A DNA stretch of 64,000 nt from Candidatus Eiseniibacteriota bacterium (GTDB taxonomy: Bacteria; Eisenbacteria; RBG-16-71-46). Positions 30,272 to 39,026 of the stretch are shown here, piece by piece (the first letter of the stretch is position 1; the number at the start of each line of letters is the position of its first letter). A program made the translations under genes and the position numbers. The notes under the pieces are model-generated. The model ran no database searches and had not been told where the DNA came from. It saw only the letters and a list, made by a program, of their open reading frames with translations. The DNA is taken from positions 32,001 to 96,000 of the forward strand of contig JBGAOA010000003.1 of the NCBI GenBank assembly GCA_044222065.1, read 5' to 3'.

Positions 30272-31375
30272 ATGCTGAAAGTCCACACGCTGATCGAGAA
30301 CTGGAAGCCGCAGCACATCCGCTACGAACTGAAACCCGCGCGCGACCCGAAGGGCAACGCGGTGGACGGGCTCTTCAACGCCTGGATCGTGATCGACAAT
30401 CCGCCGCAGCTGAACAGCTACACGACCGAGATCGCGCGCGAGATCGTGCTCGCGTTCCGCGAGGCGAGCATGGACCGGCGCGTCGTGGCGGTCGTGTTCA
30501 CGGCGACCGGCGACAAGGCGTTCTGCACCGGCGGGAACACGAAGGAGTACGCCGAGTACTACGCGGGCAATCCGCAGGAATACAAGCAGTACATGCGCGT
30601 CTTCAACGACATGATCGACGCGATCCTGCGCTGCGACAAACCCGTCATCAACCGCGTGAACGGCATGCGCGTCGCGGGCGGCCAGGAGATCGGCATGGCG
30701 TGCGACTTCAGCATCGCCGTGGACACCGCGCGCTTCGGACAGGCGGGGCCGAAGCACGGCTCCGCGCCCGACGGCGGCTCGACGGACTTCCTGCCGCTCT
30801 ACGTCGGCTTCGGTCACGCGATGGAGAGCGCCGTGCTGTGCCAGCTCTGGAGCGCGCACAAGGCCGCGTTCCTCGGGCTCATCAACGAAGTCGTGCCGGT
30901 GCTGAAGGTGGACGGGCGGTTCGTTCCGAACCCGCTCGTCGTGACGGATCGATTCGTGGACGAGTGGGGCCGCATCGTCTACGGCGACTTCCGCACCGGC
31001 CCCGATGCCGAGGCCGCGAAGGCGACCCTCGCGAAGGCGACGACCGACCTGTCGAAGCTCGACGAAGCGGTCGAACGCGCGTGCACGCAGCTCCTGATGC
31101 TCATGCCCGACTGCGTGTCGAAGACCGTGAACAGCGTGCGCAAGCACAAGCAGCGTCACTGGGACCAGAACAGCATCACGAATCGCGAGTGGCTCGCGCT
31201 CAACATGATGACCGAGGGCCGCGCCGGCTTCCGCGCGTTCAACGAAGGTCCGAAGGACCGCCGCGAGGTGGACTTCATCAAGCTGCGCCAGCTGCTCGCG
31301 CAGGGCCATCCGTGGGACGACGAGCTCTATCGCGCGATCTCGCCCCAGTGTCAGACCGAGGGCGCGCCGCGCTGA
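30272..31375 (+). CDS. oah: 6-oxocyclohex-1-ene-1-carbonyl-CoA hydrolase (ring opening; Oah/BamA/BzdY)
   Basis: NPPQLNSYTT, FCTGGNTKEYAEYY, FGQAGPKHGSAPDGG and WLALNMMTEG..GFRAFNEG. Confidence 0.95.
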   Translation: MLKVHTLIENWKPQHIRYELKPARDPKGNAVDGLFNAWIVIDNPPQLNSYTTEIAREIVLAFREASMDRRVVAVVFTATGDKAFCTGGNTKEYAEYYAGNPQEYKQYMRVFNDMIDAILRCDKPVINRVNGMRVAGGQEIGMACDFSIAVDTARFGQAGPKHGSAPDGGSTDFLPLYVGFGHAMESAVLCQLWSAHKAAFLGLINEVVPVLKVDGRFVPNPLVVTDRFVDEWGRIVYGDFRTGPDAEAAKATLAKATTDLSKLDEAVERACTQLLMLMPDCVSKTVNSVRKHKQRHWDQNSITNREWLALNMMTEGRAGFRAFNEGPKDRREVDFIKLRQLLAQGHPWDDELYRAISPQCQTEGAPR

Positions 31376-31403
31376 GCCGCGGCGCCGAAGGGAGCGGGCG
31401 GCG

Positions 31404-32153
31404 GTGGATCTGGGACTGAAGGGCCGGGCGGCGATCGTCACGGGCGGCGCGTCGGGGATCGGCGCGGCGGTCGCGGCCGAACTCGCGCGCGAGGGCTGCG
31501 ACGTCGCGATCGTGGACCTGAAGGCGCCCGCGCCGGACTCGCCGCCGATGCGCGCGATCGCCGACGCCGGGCGGCGCGCGCTCGCGTTCGCCGCCGACGT
31601 GCGCGACTTCGCGCTCGCCGAGCGTACGGTGAAGGACATCGCCGCCGCGTTCGGCCGCCTCGACGTGCTCGTGTGCTCGGCCGGCATCACCGACGACGCG
31701 CTGTCGTGGAAGATGGACGAGGCGCAGTGGGACCGCGTGCTCGCCGTGAACCTGAAGGGCTGCTTCAACTGGTCGCGCGCCGCCGCGGCGATCCTGAAGG
31801 AGCGGCGCTTCGGCCGCATCGTGAACGTCGCCTCGATCAACGGCCTGCGCGGCAAGTTCGGTCAGGCAAACTACGCGGCGTCCAAGGGCGGCGTGATCGC
31901 GCTGTCGAAGACACTCGCGCGCGAGCTCGGCAAGTTCGGCGTCACCGTGAACGTCGTCGCGCCCGGCATGGTGCGCACCGAGATGGCGTCGTCGCTGCCG
32001 CCGGACGTGATCGAGAAGGCCGTGGACGAGACGGTCGTCGGCCGCATCGCGAGTCCCGAGGACTGCGCGGCGGCGGTCGCGTTCCTGTGCTCGGAGCGCG
32101 CCGCGCACCTGACCGGGCAGATCGTGAAGGTGGACGGTGGCCAGTACCTGTGA
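31404..32153 (+). CDS. SDR oxidoreductase (FabG-like; candidate 3-hydroxypimeloyl-CoA dehydrogenase)
   Basis: TGGASGIG, NYAASK and VDGG. Confidence 0.88.
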   Translation: MDLGLKGRAAIVTGGASGIGAAVAAELAREGCDVAIVDLKAPAPDSPPMRAIADAGRRALAFAADVRDFALAERTVKDIAAAFGRLDVLVCSAGITDDALSWKMDEAQWDRVLAVNLKGCFNWSRAAAAILKERRFGRIVNVASINGLRGKFGQANYAASKGGVIALSKTLARELGKFGVTVNVVAPGMVRTEMASSLPPDVIEKAVDETVVGRIASPEDCAAAVAFLCSERAAHLTGQIVKVDGGQYL

Positions 32154-32174
32154 GCGCGGCGTGAGGGGCGCGCG

Positions 32175-33329
32175 ATGAGCCGCGTCGCGGTCGTCGGCAT
32201 CGGGCACACGGCGTTCGGCCGCCGCGCCGACGCGAGCGTGCAGGAACTCGCGTGCGAGGCGTTCCGCGAAGCGCTCTCCGACGCGGGCCTCGAGCGCGAC
32301 GCGATCGAAGCCACGGTCGTCGGCTCGGTGCCCGAGTACCACAAGCAGCGTTCGCTCGCGGGCGTCGTGAACGAGTACCTCGGACTCGCGCCGCGCCCCA
32401 CGTGGCTGACCGAAGCGGCGTGCGCGTCGGGGAGCGCCGCAATCCGCACCGCGTGGACGCAGATCCGCGCCGGGGTGCACGACGTGGTCGCGGTGATCGG
32501 CTGCCAGAAGATGACCGAGCTTCCGACCGCCGACATCCTCGCCCTGATGGGCCGCGTGGGCGAGGTGCAGTGGGAGTCCGTGTTCGGCACGACGTTCCCC
32601 GGCTACTACGCGATGTTCGCGCGCCGTCACATGCACGAGTTCGGCACGACGCGCGAGCAGCTCACGGCGGTCGCGGTCAAGAACCACCACTACGGCGCGC
32701 TCAACCCGCTCGCGATGTTCCGCAAGGAAGTGACGGCCGAGAAGGCGCGAGCGTCCGAAGAGGTCGCCGCCCCGTTCAACGTGTACGACTGCTGCGCGAA
32801 CGCCGACGGCGCCGCGTGCGTGATCCTCGCGTCCGAGCCGCGCGCGCGTTCGCTGGCGAAGCCGCCGGTGTGGCTCGCGGGACTGGGTGCTGCGAGCGCG
32901 AGCATGAGCGTGCTGCGCCGGCCATCGCTCGCGGGGCTGCCGAGCGCCGAGCGCGCCGCCGCCGACGCGTACGCGATGGCGGGCGTGCACGCGAAGCGCG
33001 TGCGCGTCGCCGACGTGCACGACTGCTTCACGATCGCCGAGATCCTCGCCTACGAAGACCTGGGCTTCTGCGCGCGCGGCGAGGGCGGACGTCTCGCCGA
33101 GTCGCGCGCGACGTGGATCGGCGGGCCCGTGGCCGTGAACGTGGACGGTGGCCTCAAGGCGAAGGGCCACCCGATCGGCGCGACGGGCGTCTCGATGACG
33201 TGCGAGATCGTGAAGCAGCTGCGCGGCGAGGCGGGCGAGCGGCAGGTGCCGAACGCCGACGTCGGGCTCACGCACAACGTCGGCGGCATCGGGCAGTACT
33301 GCTTCGTGCACGTGCTCACGCGGGAGTGA
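32175..33329 (+). CDS. Thiolase (SCP2/archaeal-like, DUF35-partnered)
   Basis: EAACASG, VHDCF, GHPIGATG and HNVGG. Confidence 0.9.
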   Translation: MSRVAVVGIGHTAFGRRADASVQELACEAFREALSDAGLERDAIEATVVGSVPEYHKQRSLAGVVNEYLGLAPRPTWLTEAACASGSAAIRTAWTQIRAGVHDVVAVIGCQKMTELPTADILALMGRVGEVQWESVFGTTFPGYYAMFARRHMHEFGTTREQLTAVAVKNHHYGALNPLAMFRKEVTAEKARASEEVAAPFNVYDCCANADGAACVILASEPRARSLAKPPVWLAGLGAASASMSVLRRPSLAGLPSAERAAADAYAMAGVHAKRVRVADVHDCFTIAEILAYEDLGFCARGEGGRLAESRATWIGGPVAVNVDGGLKAKGHPIGATGVSMTCEIVKQLRGEAGERQVPNADVGLTHNVGGIGQYCFVHVLTRE

Positions 33330-33333
33330 CGCG

Positions 33334-33801
33334 ATGTTCAAGTGGTTCGGGATCGTCAGCTTCACGCCGCACACGAAGGTCGCGGCGTTCGCCGAACACC
33401 TGAAGGACGGGCGCATCGTGGGCTCGCGCTGCACGGCGTGCGGTGAGCGTAGTTTCCCGCCGCGCGCCGACTGCGAGCGCTGCCTGTCGCCGGCGTTCGA
33501 GTTCGTCCCGATCGCGCCGCGCGGGCGACTGCTCACGTGGACGCGCATCCACGCCGCGCCGACGGGGTTCGAAGCGCTCGCGCCGTACGCGCTCGGCGTC
33601 GTGGACCTGGAAGACGGCGGCCGCGCGCTGGCGCCGTTCGGCTCGAGTGTGACGCCCGACCTGATTCGAATCGGAATGGAACTGGACCTCGTGCCGCGCC
33701 TGCACGAGGAGATCGAGGACATCCGGGTGGACTACACGCTCGAGCGGCCGGGCGCCGGATCGGGCGCGGCGGCGGGCACGGCCCCGCCGGGGAGGAGTTG
33801 A
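33334..33801 (+). CDS. Zn-ribbon OB-fold (DUF35) protein
   Basis: CTACG...FPPRADCERC followed by an OB fold. Directly follows the thiolase. Confidence 0.9.
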   Translation: MFKWFGIVSFTPHTKVAAFAEHLKDGRIVGSRCTACGERSFPPRADCERCLSPAFEFVPIAPRGRLLTWTRIHAAPTGFEALAPYALGVVDLEDGGRALAPFGSSVTPDLIRIGMELDLVPRLHEEIEDIRVDYTLERPGAGSGAAAGTAPPGRS

Positions 33802-33804
33802 ACG

Positions 33805-34563
33805 ATGGCGTTCCAGCACACGATCGAAGACGGCGTCGCGACGCTGACGCTCGCGAGCCCGCCGCTCAACATCCTCACGCGCGCCGCACTCGCCGAACTG
33901 CGTGCCGCGCTCGAGGCGCTCGCGCGCGAGCCGGGGCTGCGCGTCGTGCGGCTCGTCGCCGCGGGGAACCACTTCTCGGCCGGCGCCGACGTCGGTGAGC
34001 ACCTGGCGCCACAATACCGCGAGCTGATCCCCGAGTTCGCGAGCACGATCGAAGCGCTCGCCGCGTTCCCGCTGCCCGTGATCGCGGCGGTGCGCGGGCG
34101 CTGCCTCGGCGGCGGCTTCGAGCTCGTGCAGGCGGCCGACGTGATCGTGGCGGGCGAGGGCGCGTCGTTCGGCCAGCCCGAGATCCTGCTCGGCGTCACG
34201 GCGCCCGCGGCGTGCGTGCTGCTGCCTCGGCTCGGCTCGCGCGGCGCGGCGGCGGAGCTGCTCTTCACGGGCGATCCGATCCCGGCGAAGCGCGCGCTCG
34301 AACTCGGATTCGTGCAGCGCGTCGTCGAGGACGCCCGCGTCGAGGACGAAGCGCTCGCGCTCGCGAAGCGGATGAGCCGCCACAGCGCCGTCGCGCTCGA
34401 GTTCACGAAGCGCACGCTGAACGAGACCGCGCCGCTCGCGCGCGGTGCGGCGCTCGGCGTGGCCGCGTCGATGTACGTGAACGAACTCATGAACGCCGCC
34501 GACCCGAACGAGGGCCTGCGCGCGTTCCTCGACAAGCGCCCGGCCGAGTGGAGGCACGCATGA
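33805..34563 (+). CDS. dch: Cyclohexa-1,5-diene-1-carbonyl-CoA hydratase (crotonase)
   Basis: PPLNIL, HFSAGADVGEH, CLGGGFEL, GQPEILLGV and YVNELM. Operon context. Confidence 0.85.
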   Translation: MAFQHTIEDGVATLTLASPPLNILTRAALAELRAALEALAREPGLRVVRLVAAGNHFSAGADVGEHLAPQYRELIPEFASTIEALAAFPLPVIAAVRGRCLGGGFELVQAADVIVAGEGASFGQPEILLGVTAPAACVLLPRLGSRGAAAELLFTGDPIPAKRALELGFVQRVVEDARVEDEALALAKRMSRHSAVALEFTKRTLNETAPLARGAALGVAASMYVNELMNAADPNEGLRAFLDKRPAEWRHA

Positions 34564-35729
34564 ACGCGGTGCGCGTGTTCCCCGAGTGGCGCGGCCTCGA
34601 GCTCGACGACACGCTGCGCGCGTGCGTGGACCTGCTCGAGGACACCGACTTCCCGACCGCGAAGCGCTGGCGCGAGGCGGGCGGCAAGATCGTCGGGCAC
34701 TTCCAGGTGTACTTCCCCGAAGAGATCGCGCACGCGGCCGGCATGTTGCCGTTCAAGATGCGCGGCGCGCCGATCGAGCCCAAGCGCGCCGACTCGCGCT
34801 TCGGCTCGTACCTGTGCTCGATCCTCAAGACCTCGCTCGAACTCGCGCTCTCGAACCGCGTCGAGCTGGAACTGTTCGTCACGCACCCGATCTGCGACGC
34901 GGCGCGCAACCTCGCCGCCGTGTTCGGGCGCAACTTCCCGTACCCGTGCCAGATCCTCTACCTGCCGCAGAACGCGGCGTCGCCCGCGGCCCGCACGTAC
35001 CTGCGCGGCGAATACGACCGCGTGCGCGAGCTGTGCGGCACGATCGCGGGTCGGCCGGTCACCGACGACGCGCTGCGCGCCTCGATCGCCGTGTTCGACC
35101 GCAATCGCGCGCTGCTCCGCGAGCTGTACGCGATCAAGCGCGAGACGCCGTGGCTCGTCGCCGCGCACGAGGCGTACGCGCTCGTCGCGCTCGGCGGACT
35201 GATGCCGCGCGAGGAGCACAACGAGCTGCTCGAACACGTGCTGCCGCGGCTGCGCGCCCGCGGCCTCAAGCCGCAGGACCGCGTGCGCATCGTGTTCGAG
35301 GGCGGCTTCTGCGAACAGCCGCCGTTCGAGCTGATCCGCTCGATCGGGCGCTCGTGCTACGTCGTGGACGACGACCTGCTGATCGGCCTGCGCTGGATCC
35401 TCGAGGACGTCGGCGCGTCGGGCGATCCGCTCGACGCGCTCGCGCACGCCTACCTCGACCGCTCGAGCTACAGCCCGGTGCAGCACGACCCGAGGAAGCC
35501 CAAGGAGGCGATGCTGCTCGAACGCGTGCGCCGCTCGAATGCCCAGGCCGTGATCCTCGCCGCGGCGAAGATGTGCGAGCCCGGGCTCGAGGAGCAGGTC
35601 GCGTACGTGCACGCGCTCGAAGAGGCGAAGCTGCCGTACTTCGTGACCGAGTTCGAAGAGAACATGACGAGCTTCGACACGCTCGAGATCCAGCTCGAGA
35701 CGTTCGTCGAGAACCTGCTGTTCGTGTGA
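34560..35729 (+). CDS. bcrC: Class I benzoyl-CoA reductase, subunit C/N (HgdC-like)
   Basis: YFPEEIAHAAGMLP, three Cys motifs (YLCSI, PICD, KMCEPGL) and GGFCEQPP. Confidence 0.85.
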   Translation: MNAVRVFPEWRGLELDDTLRACVDLLEDTDFPTAKRWREAGGKIVGHFQVYFPEEIAHAAGMLPFKMRGAPIEPKRADSRFGSYLCSILKTSLELALSNRVELELFVTHPICDAARNLAAVFGRNFPYPCQILYLPQNAASPAARTYLRGEYDRVRELCGTIAGRPVTDDALRASIAVFDRNRALLRELYAIKRETPWLVAAHEAYALVALGGLMPREEHNELLEHVLPRLRARGLKPQDRVRIVFEGGFCEQPPFELIRSIGRSCYVVDDDLLIGLRWILEDVGASGDPLDALAHAYLDRSSYSPVQHDPRKPKEAMLLERVRRSNAQAVILAAAKMCEPGLEEQVAYVHALEEAKLPYFVTEFEENMTSFDTLEIQLETFVENLLFV

Positions 35730-35739
35730 GGGAGGGGAG

Positions 35740-37035
35740 ATGAACGGAGCGAACGAGACGAACGGCCTCGTGGGGCGCGCGAACCGCGAAGGCGCGCGGC
35801 TGTTCCGCGAGTGGTTCGACGGACTCGGGCAGGCGGCCGAGGAGGGACGGGGCGGAGCGTACGTGTTCGTCATGGGCAGCCTCGGCGAGCTGCTCACGAC
35901 GTTCGACCTGCCGCTCGTGTTCCCCGAGATCAACTCGCTGCAGACCGCGGTGCGGCGCCAGGCGCACGACTACCTGAACGAGGCCGAGGACGTCGGCTAC
36001 TCGCCCGACATCTGCGGCTACGTGAAGGCCGACGTCGCGACGCAGCGGCGCGGTGGCGCGCTGCCGATGGGGCGCATCCCGAAGCCGTCGATCGCGGTGC
36101 TCACGAACGCGTGCAACACGTACATCAAGTGGGCCGAGATCTGGGAGCGCATGTACGGCATGCCGTCGTACGTCCTCGACGTGCCCGCCTCGCGCCAGGA
36201 CGGCCAGCCGGTGCGGCGCGGCGCGATGGGCTTCGAGCGCGACCGCGCGTACGTCGCGGCGCAGCTCAAGGAGCTGATCGCGGTGCTCGAGGACGTCACG
36301 AAGAAGCGCTTCGACATCGACCGGCTGCGCGAGGCGATGGGCCACGCGAACGCGATGAGCCGCGCGTGGAAGCGCGTGCTCGAGCTGAACCGCAGCCGGC
36401 CGTCGCTGTTCAACGCGCTCTCGGACGGCACGATCTACCTGGGCGTGTGCAACGGCTTCCGCGGCAAGGCCGAGGGTGCGCGCTACTTCGAGGACCTCGT
36501 CGAAGAGATGGAGTTCAAGCGCGCGAACGCGATCGGCACGCTCGTGGACGAACGCTTCCGGCTCGTGTTCGTCGGCGTGCCGTGCTACCCGATCTTCCGC
36601 CGCTTCACCGAGCTGTTCTCGGAACACGGCGGCACGTTCGTCAGCTCGACCTACCTGTGGTTCGCCTCGGGCGGCACGAACCTCGGCTTCGAGTACGACC
36701 TGAAGGACCCGATCGAGAGCCTCGCCGAGGGCGTGCTCGTGGGCGTGAGCGACGCGATGGACAGCATGTTCTTCCAGACCGACGCCCTCGCCTCGATCGT
36801 GGACGAGTTCGGCGTGGACGGCGTCGTCTACCACCCGATCAAGAGCTGCCGCACGACGTCCACCGGCCTCGCCGACAACCGGCGCGCGCTGATGGAGCGC
36901 CGCGACGTGCCGAGCCTCTTCATCGAGTCGGACATGATGGACCGGCGCGTCGTCTCGGAAGCGCAGCTCAAGAACCGTATCGACGCGTTCTTCGAAGGCC
37001 TGCAGTCGCGCCGGAACCAGGCCGCGGCCGTCTAG
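35740..37035 (+). CDS. bcrB: Class I benzoyl-CoA reductase, subunit B/O
   Basis: FPEINSLQ, DICGYVKAD, NACNTY.KW.E, IKSC and AQLKNRIDAFFE. Confidence 0.87.
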   Translation: MNGANETNGLVGRANREGARLFREWFDGLGQAAEEGRGGAYVFVMGSLGELLTTFDLPLVFPEINSLQTAVRRQAHDYLNEAEDVGYSPDICGYVKADVATQRRGGALPMGRIPKPSIAVLTNACNTYIKWAEIWERMYGMPSYVLDVPASRQDGQPVRRGAMGFERDRAYVAAQLKELIAVLEDVTKKRFDIDRLREAMGHANAMSRAWKRVLELNRSRPSLFNALSDGTIYLGVCNGFRGKAEGARYFEDLVEEMEFKRANAIGTLVDERFRLVFVGVPCYPIFRRFTELFSEHGGTFVSSTYLWFASGGTNLGFEYDLKDPIESLAEGVLVGVSDAMDSMFFQTDALASIVDEFGVDGVVYHPIKSCRTTSTGLADNRRALMERRDVPSLFIESDMMDRRVVSEAQLKNRIDAFFEGLQSRRNQAAAV

Positions 37036-37050
37036 GGAAAGGGCATCGCG

Positions 37051-37872
37051 ATGGCGTACGCAGCGGGCGTGGACGTCGGCTCCACGCAGACGAAGGCGGT
37101 GGTGGTGAACGAGCGCGGCGCGATCGTCGGCCGCGCGCTCACGATGACCGGCGCGAACGTGACGCAGGCGGCCGAAGAGGCATTCGCCGCATCACTCGCG
37201 AACGGCGACGTGCGCGAGGAAGAGGTCGAGTACGTGATCGGCACCGGCTACGGCCGCTACAAGGTCACGTTCGGGAACACGCAGGTCACCGAGATCAGCT
37301 GCCACGGGCGCGGCGCGGTGCACATGTTCCCGGGCACGCGCACGGTCGTGGACATGGGCGGCCAGGACACGAAGGCGATCCGCGTCTCCGAGCGCGGCGA
37401 GATCGTGGACTTCTGCATGAACGACAAGTGCGCGGCGGGCACCGGGCGCTTCCTCGGCGCGGCGTCGTCGGCGCTCGACATCCCGCTCGACCAGCTCGGC
37501 GCGACCGCGCTCCGGGGCGAGCGGCCGGTGAAGATCTCGACCACGTGCACCGTGTTCGCCGAGTCCGAGGTGCTGTCGTGGCTCGGCAAGGGCAAGAAGA
37601 TCGAGGACATCCTGCTCGGCGTGCACCAGAGCATCGCCGGCCGCTCGACCGGTCTGCTGTGGCGCGTCGGCATCGAGCCCGAGGTGACGTTCACGGGCGG
37701 CGTGGCGAAGAACGTCGCGATGATCGAGTCGCTCGAGAAGTCCATCGGCGCGAAGGTGAACGTGAGCCCGGACTCGCACTTCATGGGCGCGCTCGGCGCC
37801 GCGCTGTTCGCGCTCGACCACATCCGCGCGAGCCGCACGCCCGCGGGCCTCAAATCGGGGGTGGCGTCGTGA
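37051..37872 (+). CDS. bcrA: Benzoyl-CoA reductase ATPase/activase subunit (short BcrA/BzdQ-like)
   Basis: [34 protein letters not shown] and CTVFAESE. Subunit letter assigned from gene order. Confidence 0.8.
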   Translation: MAYAAGVDVGSTQTKAVVVNERGAIVGRALTMTGANVTQAAEEAFAASLANGDVREEEVEYVIGTGYGRYKVTFGNTQVTEISCHGRGAVHMFPGTRTVVDMGGQDTKAIRVSERGEIVDFCMNDKCAAGTGRFLGAASSALDIPLDQLGATALRGERPVKISTTCTVFAESEVLSWLGKGKKIEDILLGVHQSIAGRSTGLLWRVGIEPEVTFTGGVAKNVAMIESLEKSIGAKVNVSPDSHFMGALGAALFALDHIRASRTPAGLKSGVAS

Positions 37873-38690
37873 GGATGACGGCCGGCATCGACGTGGGTTC
37901 GACGTACACGAAGGCCGTGGTCGTGGACGAGTACGGCGCGATCGCGGGCCGCGCGATGGAGCCGACCGGCTTCCGGCTCACCGAGGTCGCGAACCGCACG
38001 CTCGAGGCGGCGGCCGCGAAGGCCGGCTGCCGGCGCGAGCACGTCGCGTACGTCGTCGCGACCGGCTTCGGGCGGCACCAGGCGACGTTCGCGGACATCC
38101 ACGTGACCGACCTGACGGCCGCGGCGCGCGGCGCGTCGAAGCTGTTCCCGCTCACGCGCACGATCCTCGACGTCGGTGGCCAGACGATGAAGGCGACGAA
38201 GCTCACCGAGGACGCGAAGGTCCACTCGTTCCGGCTCAACGACAAGTGCGCCGCGGGCACGGGGGCGTTCCTCGAAAAGACCGCGCGCTACATGGGCTAC
38301 GCGACCGAGGAGATCGGGCCGCTCGTCGAGACGTCGAAGGGCACGACGAGCATCTCGGGCGTGTGCGCCGTGTTCGCCGAGTCCGAGGTCATCAACCACC
38401 TCTCGCAGGGCGTGGCGCCCGCGGACATCATGCACGGCGCGATCGTGTCGCTCGTCGGCCGCTCGGTGCAGCTCATGAAGCGCGTGAAGGCCGAGCCCGA
38501 GTACACGCTCGTCGGCGGCATCCTGCGATTCGAAGCGATGGGGCGCGTCGTGCAGGAGGCGATCAAGACCGAAGTGAACGTGCCCGCGGGCGACCTCGTG
38601 CAGTTCGTCGCCGCGTACGGCGCGGGGCTGCTCGCGCAGCGCCGGCTCGACGTGCGCTCGGCCGGGGGCGCACGCGCGACGAGCGCGTGA
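37869..38690 (+). CDS. bcrD: Benzoyl-CoA reductase ATPase/activase subunit (BcrD/BzdP-like); alternative start at 37875
   Basis: [30 protein letters not shown] and CAVFAESE. Subunit letter assigned from gene order. Confidence 0.8.
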   Translation: MRMTAGIDVGSTYTKAVVVDEYGAIAGRAMEPTGFRLTEVANRTLEAAAAKAGCRREHVAYVVATGFGRHQATFADIHVTDLTAAARGASKLFPLTRTILDVGGQTMKATKLTEDAKVHSFRLNDKCAAGTGAFLEKTARYMGYATEEIGPLVETSKGTTSISGVCAVFAESEVINHLSQGVAPADIMHGAIVSLVGRSVQLMKRVKAEPEYTLVGGILRFEAMGRVVQEAIKTEVNVPAGDLVQFVAAYGAGLLAQRRLDVRSAGGARATSA

Positions 38691-39022
38691 GCGTCGGCAT
38701 GGGCAACGCCCCGGAATCGGACGCGAAGGACGAGCGCGCGCAGCGCTCGCTCGCGAACCTCGTGCGCGCCGAGGCGCTGCGGGCGGATGCCGAGGAGCGC
38801 ATCCGCCCCGATCCCGCGCGGCTCGAGCAGGGCTGGACGTTCCGCTTCGCGATCGAGTCGTCGCGCGCATCGGATCTCGTGACGCTCTACGAGTCGAGCG
38901 GCTTCGAGGTGATCGCCGATCCCGTGAAGGTCGAGCAGGTCGGCGACGAGTGCGCCGACTGCCGACTGATGCTGCAGCGCACGTACGTCGCGATCTACAC
39001 GCGGACGCGCGAAGCGGGCTGA
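38687..39022 (+). CDS. Small hypothetical protein with CxxC, last gene of the bcr operon (alternative ATG at 38699)
   Basis: GTGA overlap with bcrD, genome-typical codon usage, GWTFRF...LYESSGFEV...ECADC...IYTR. Confidence 0.75.
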   Translation: MSVGMGNAPESDAKDERAQRSLANLVRAEALRADAEERIRPDPARLEQGWTFRFAIESSRASDLVTLYESSGFEVIADPVKVEQVGDECADCRLMLQRTYVAIYTRTREAG

Positions 39023-39026
39023 GCCC

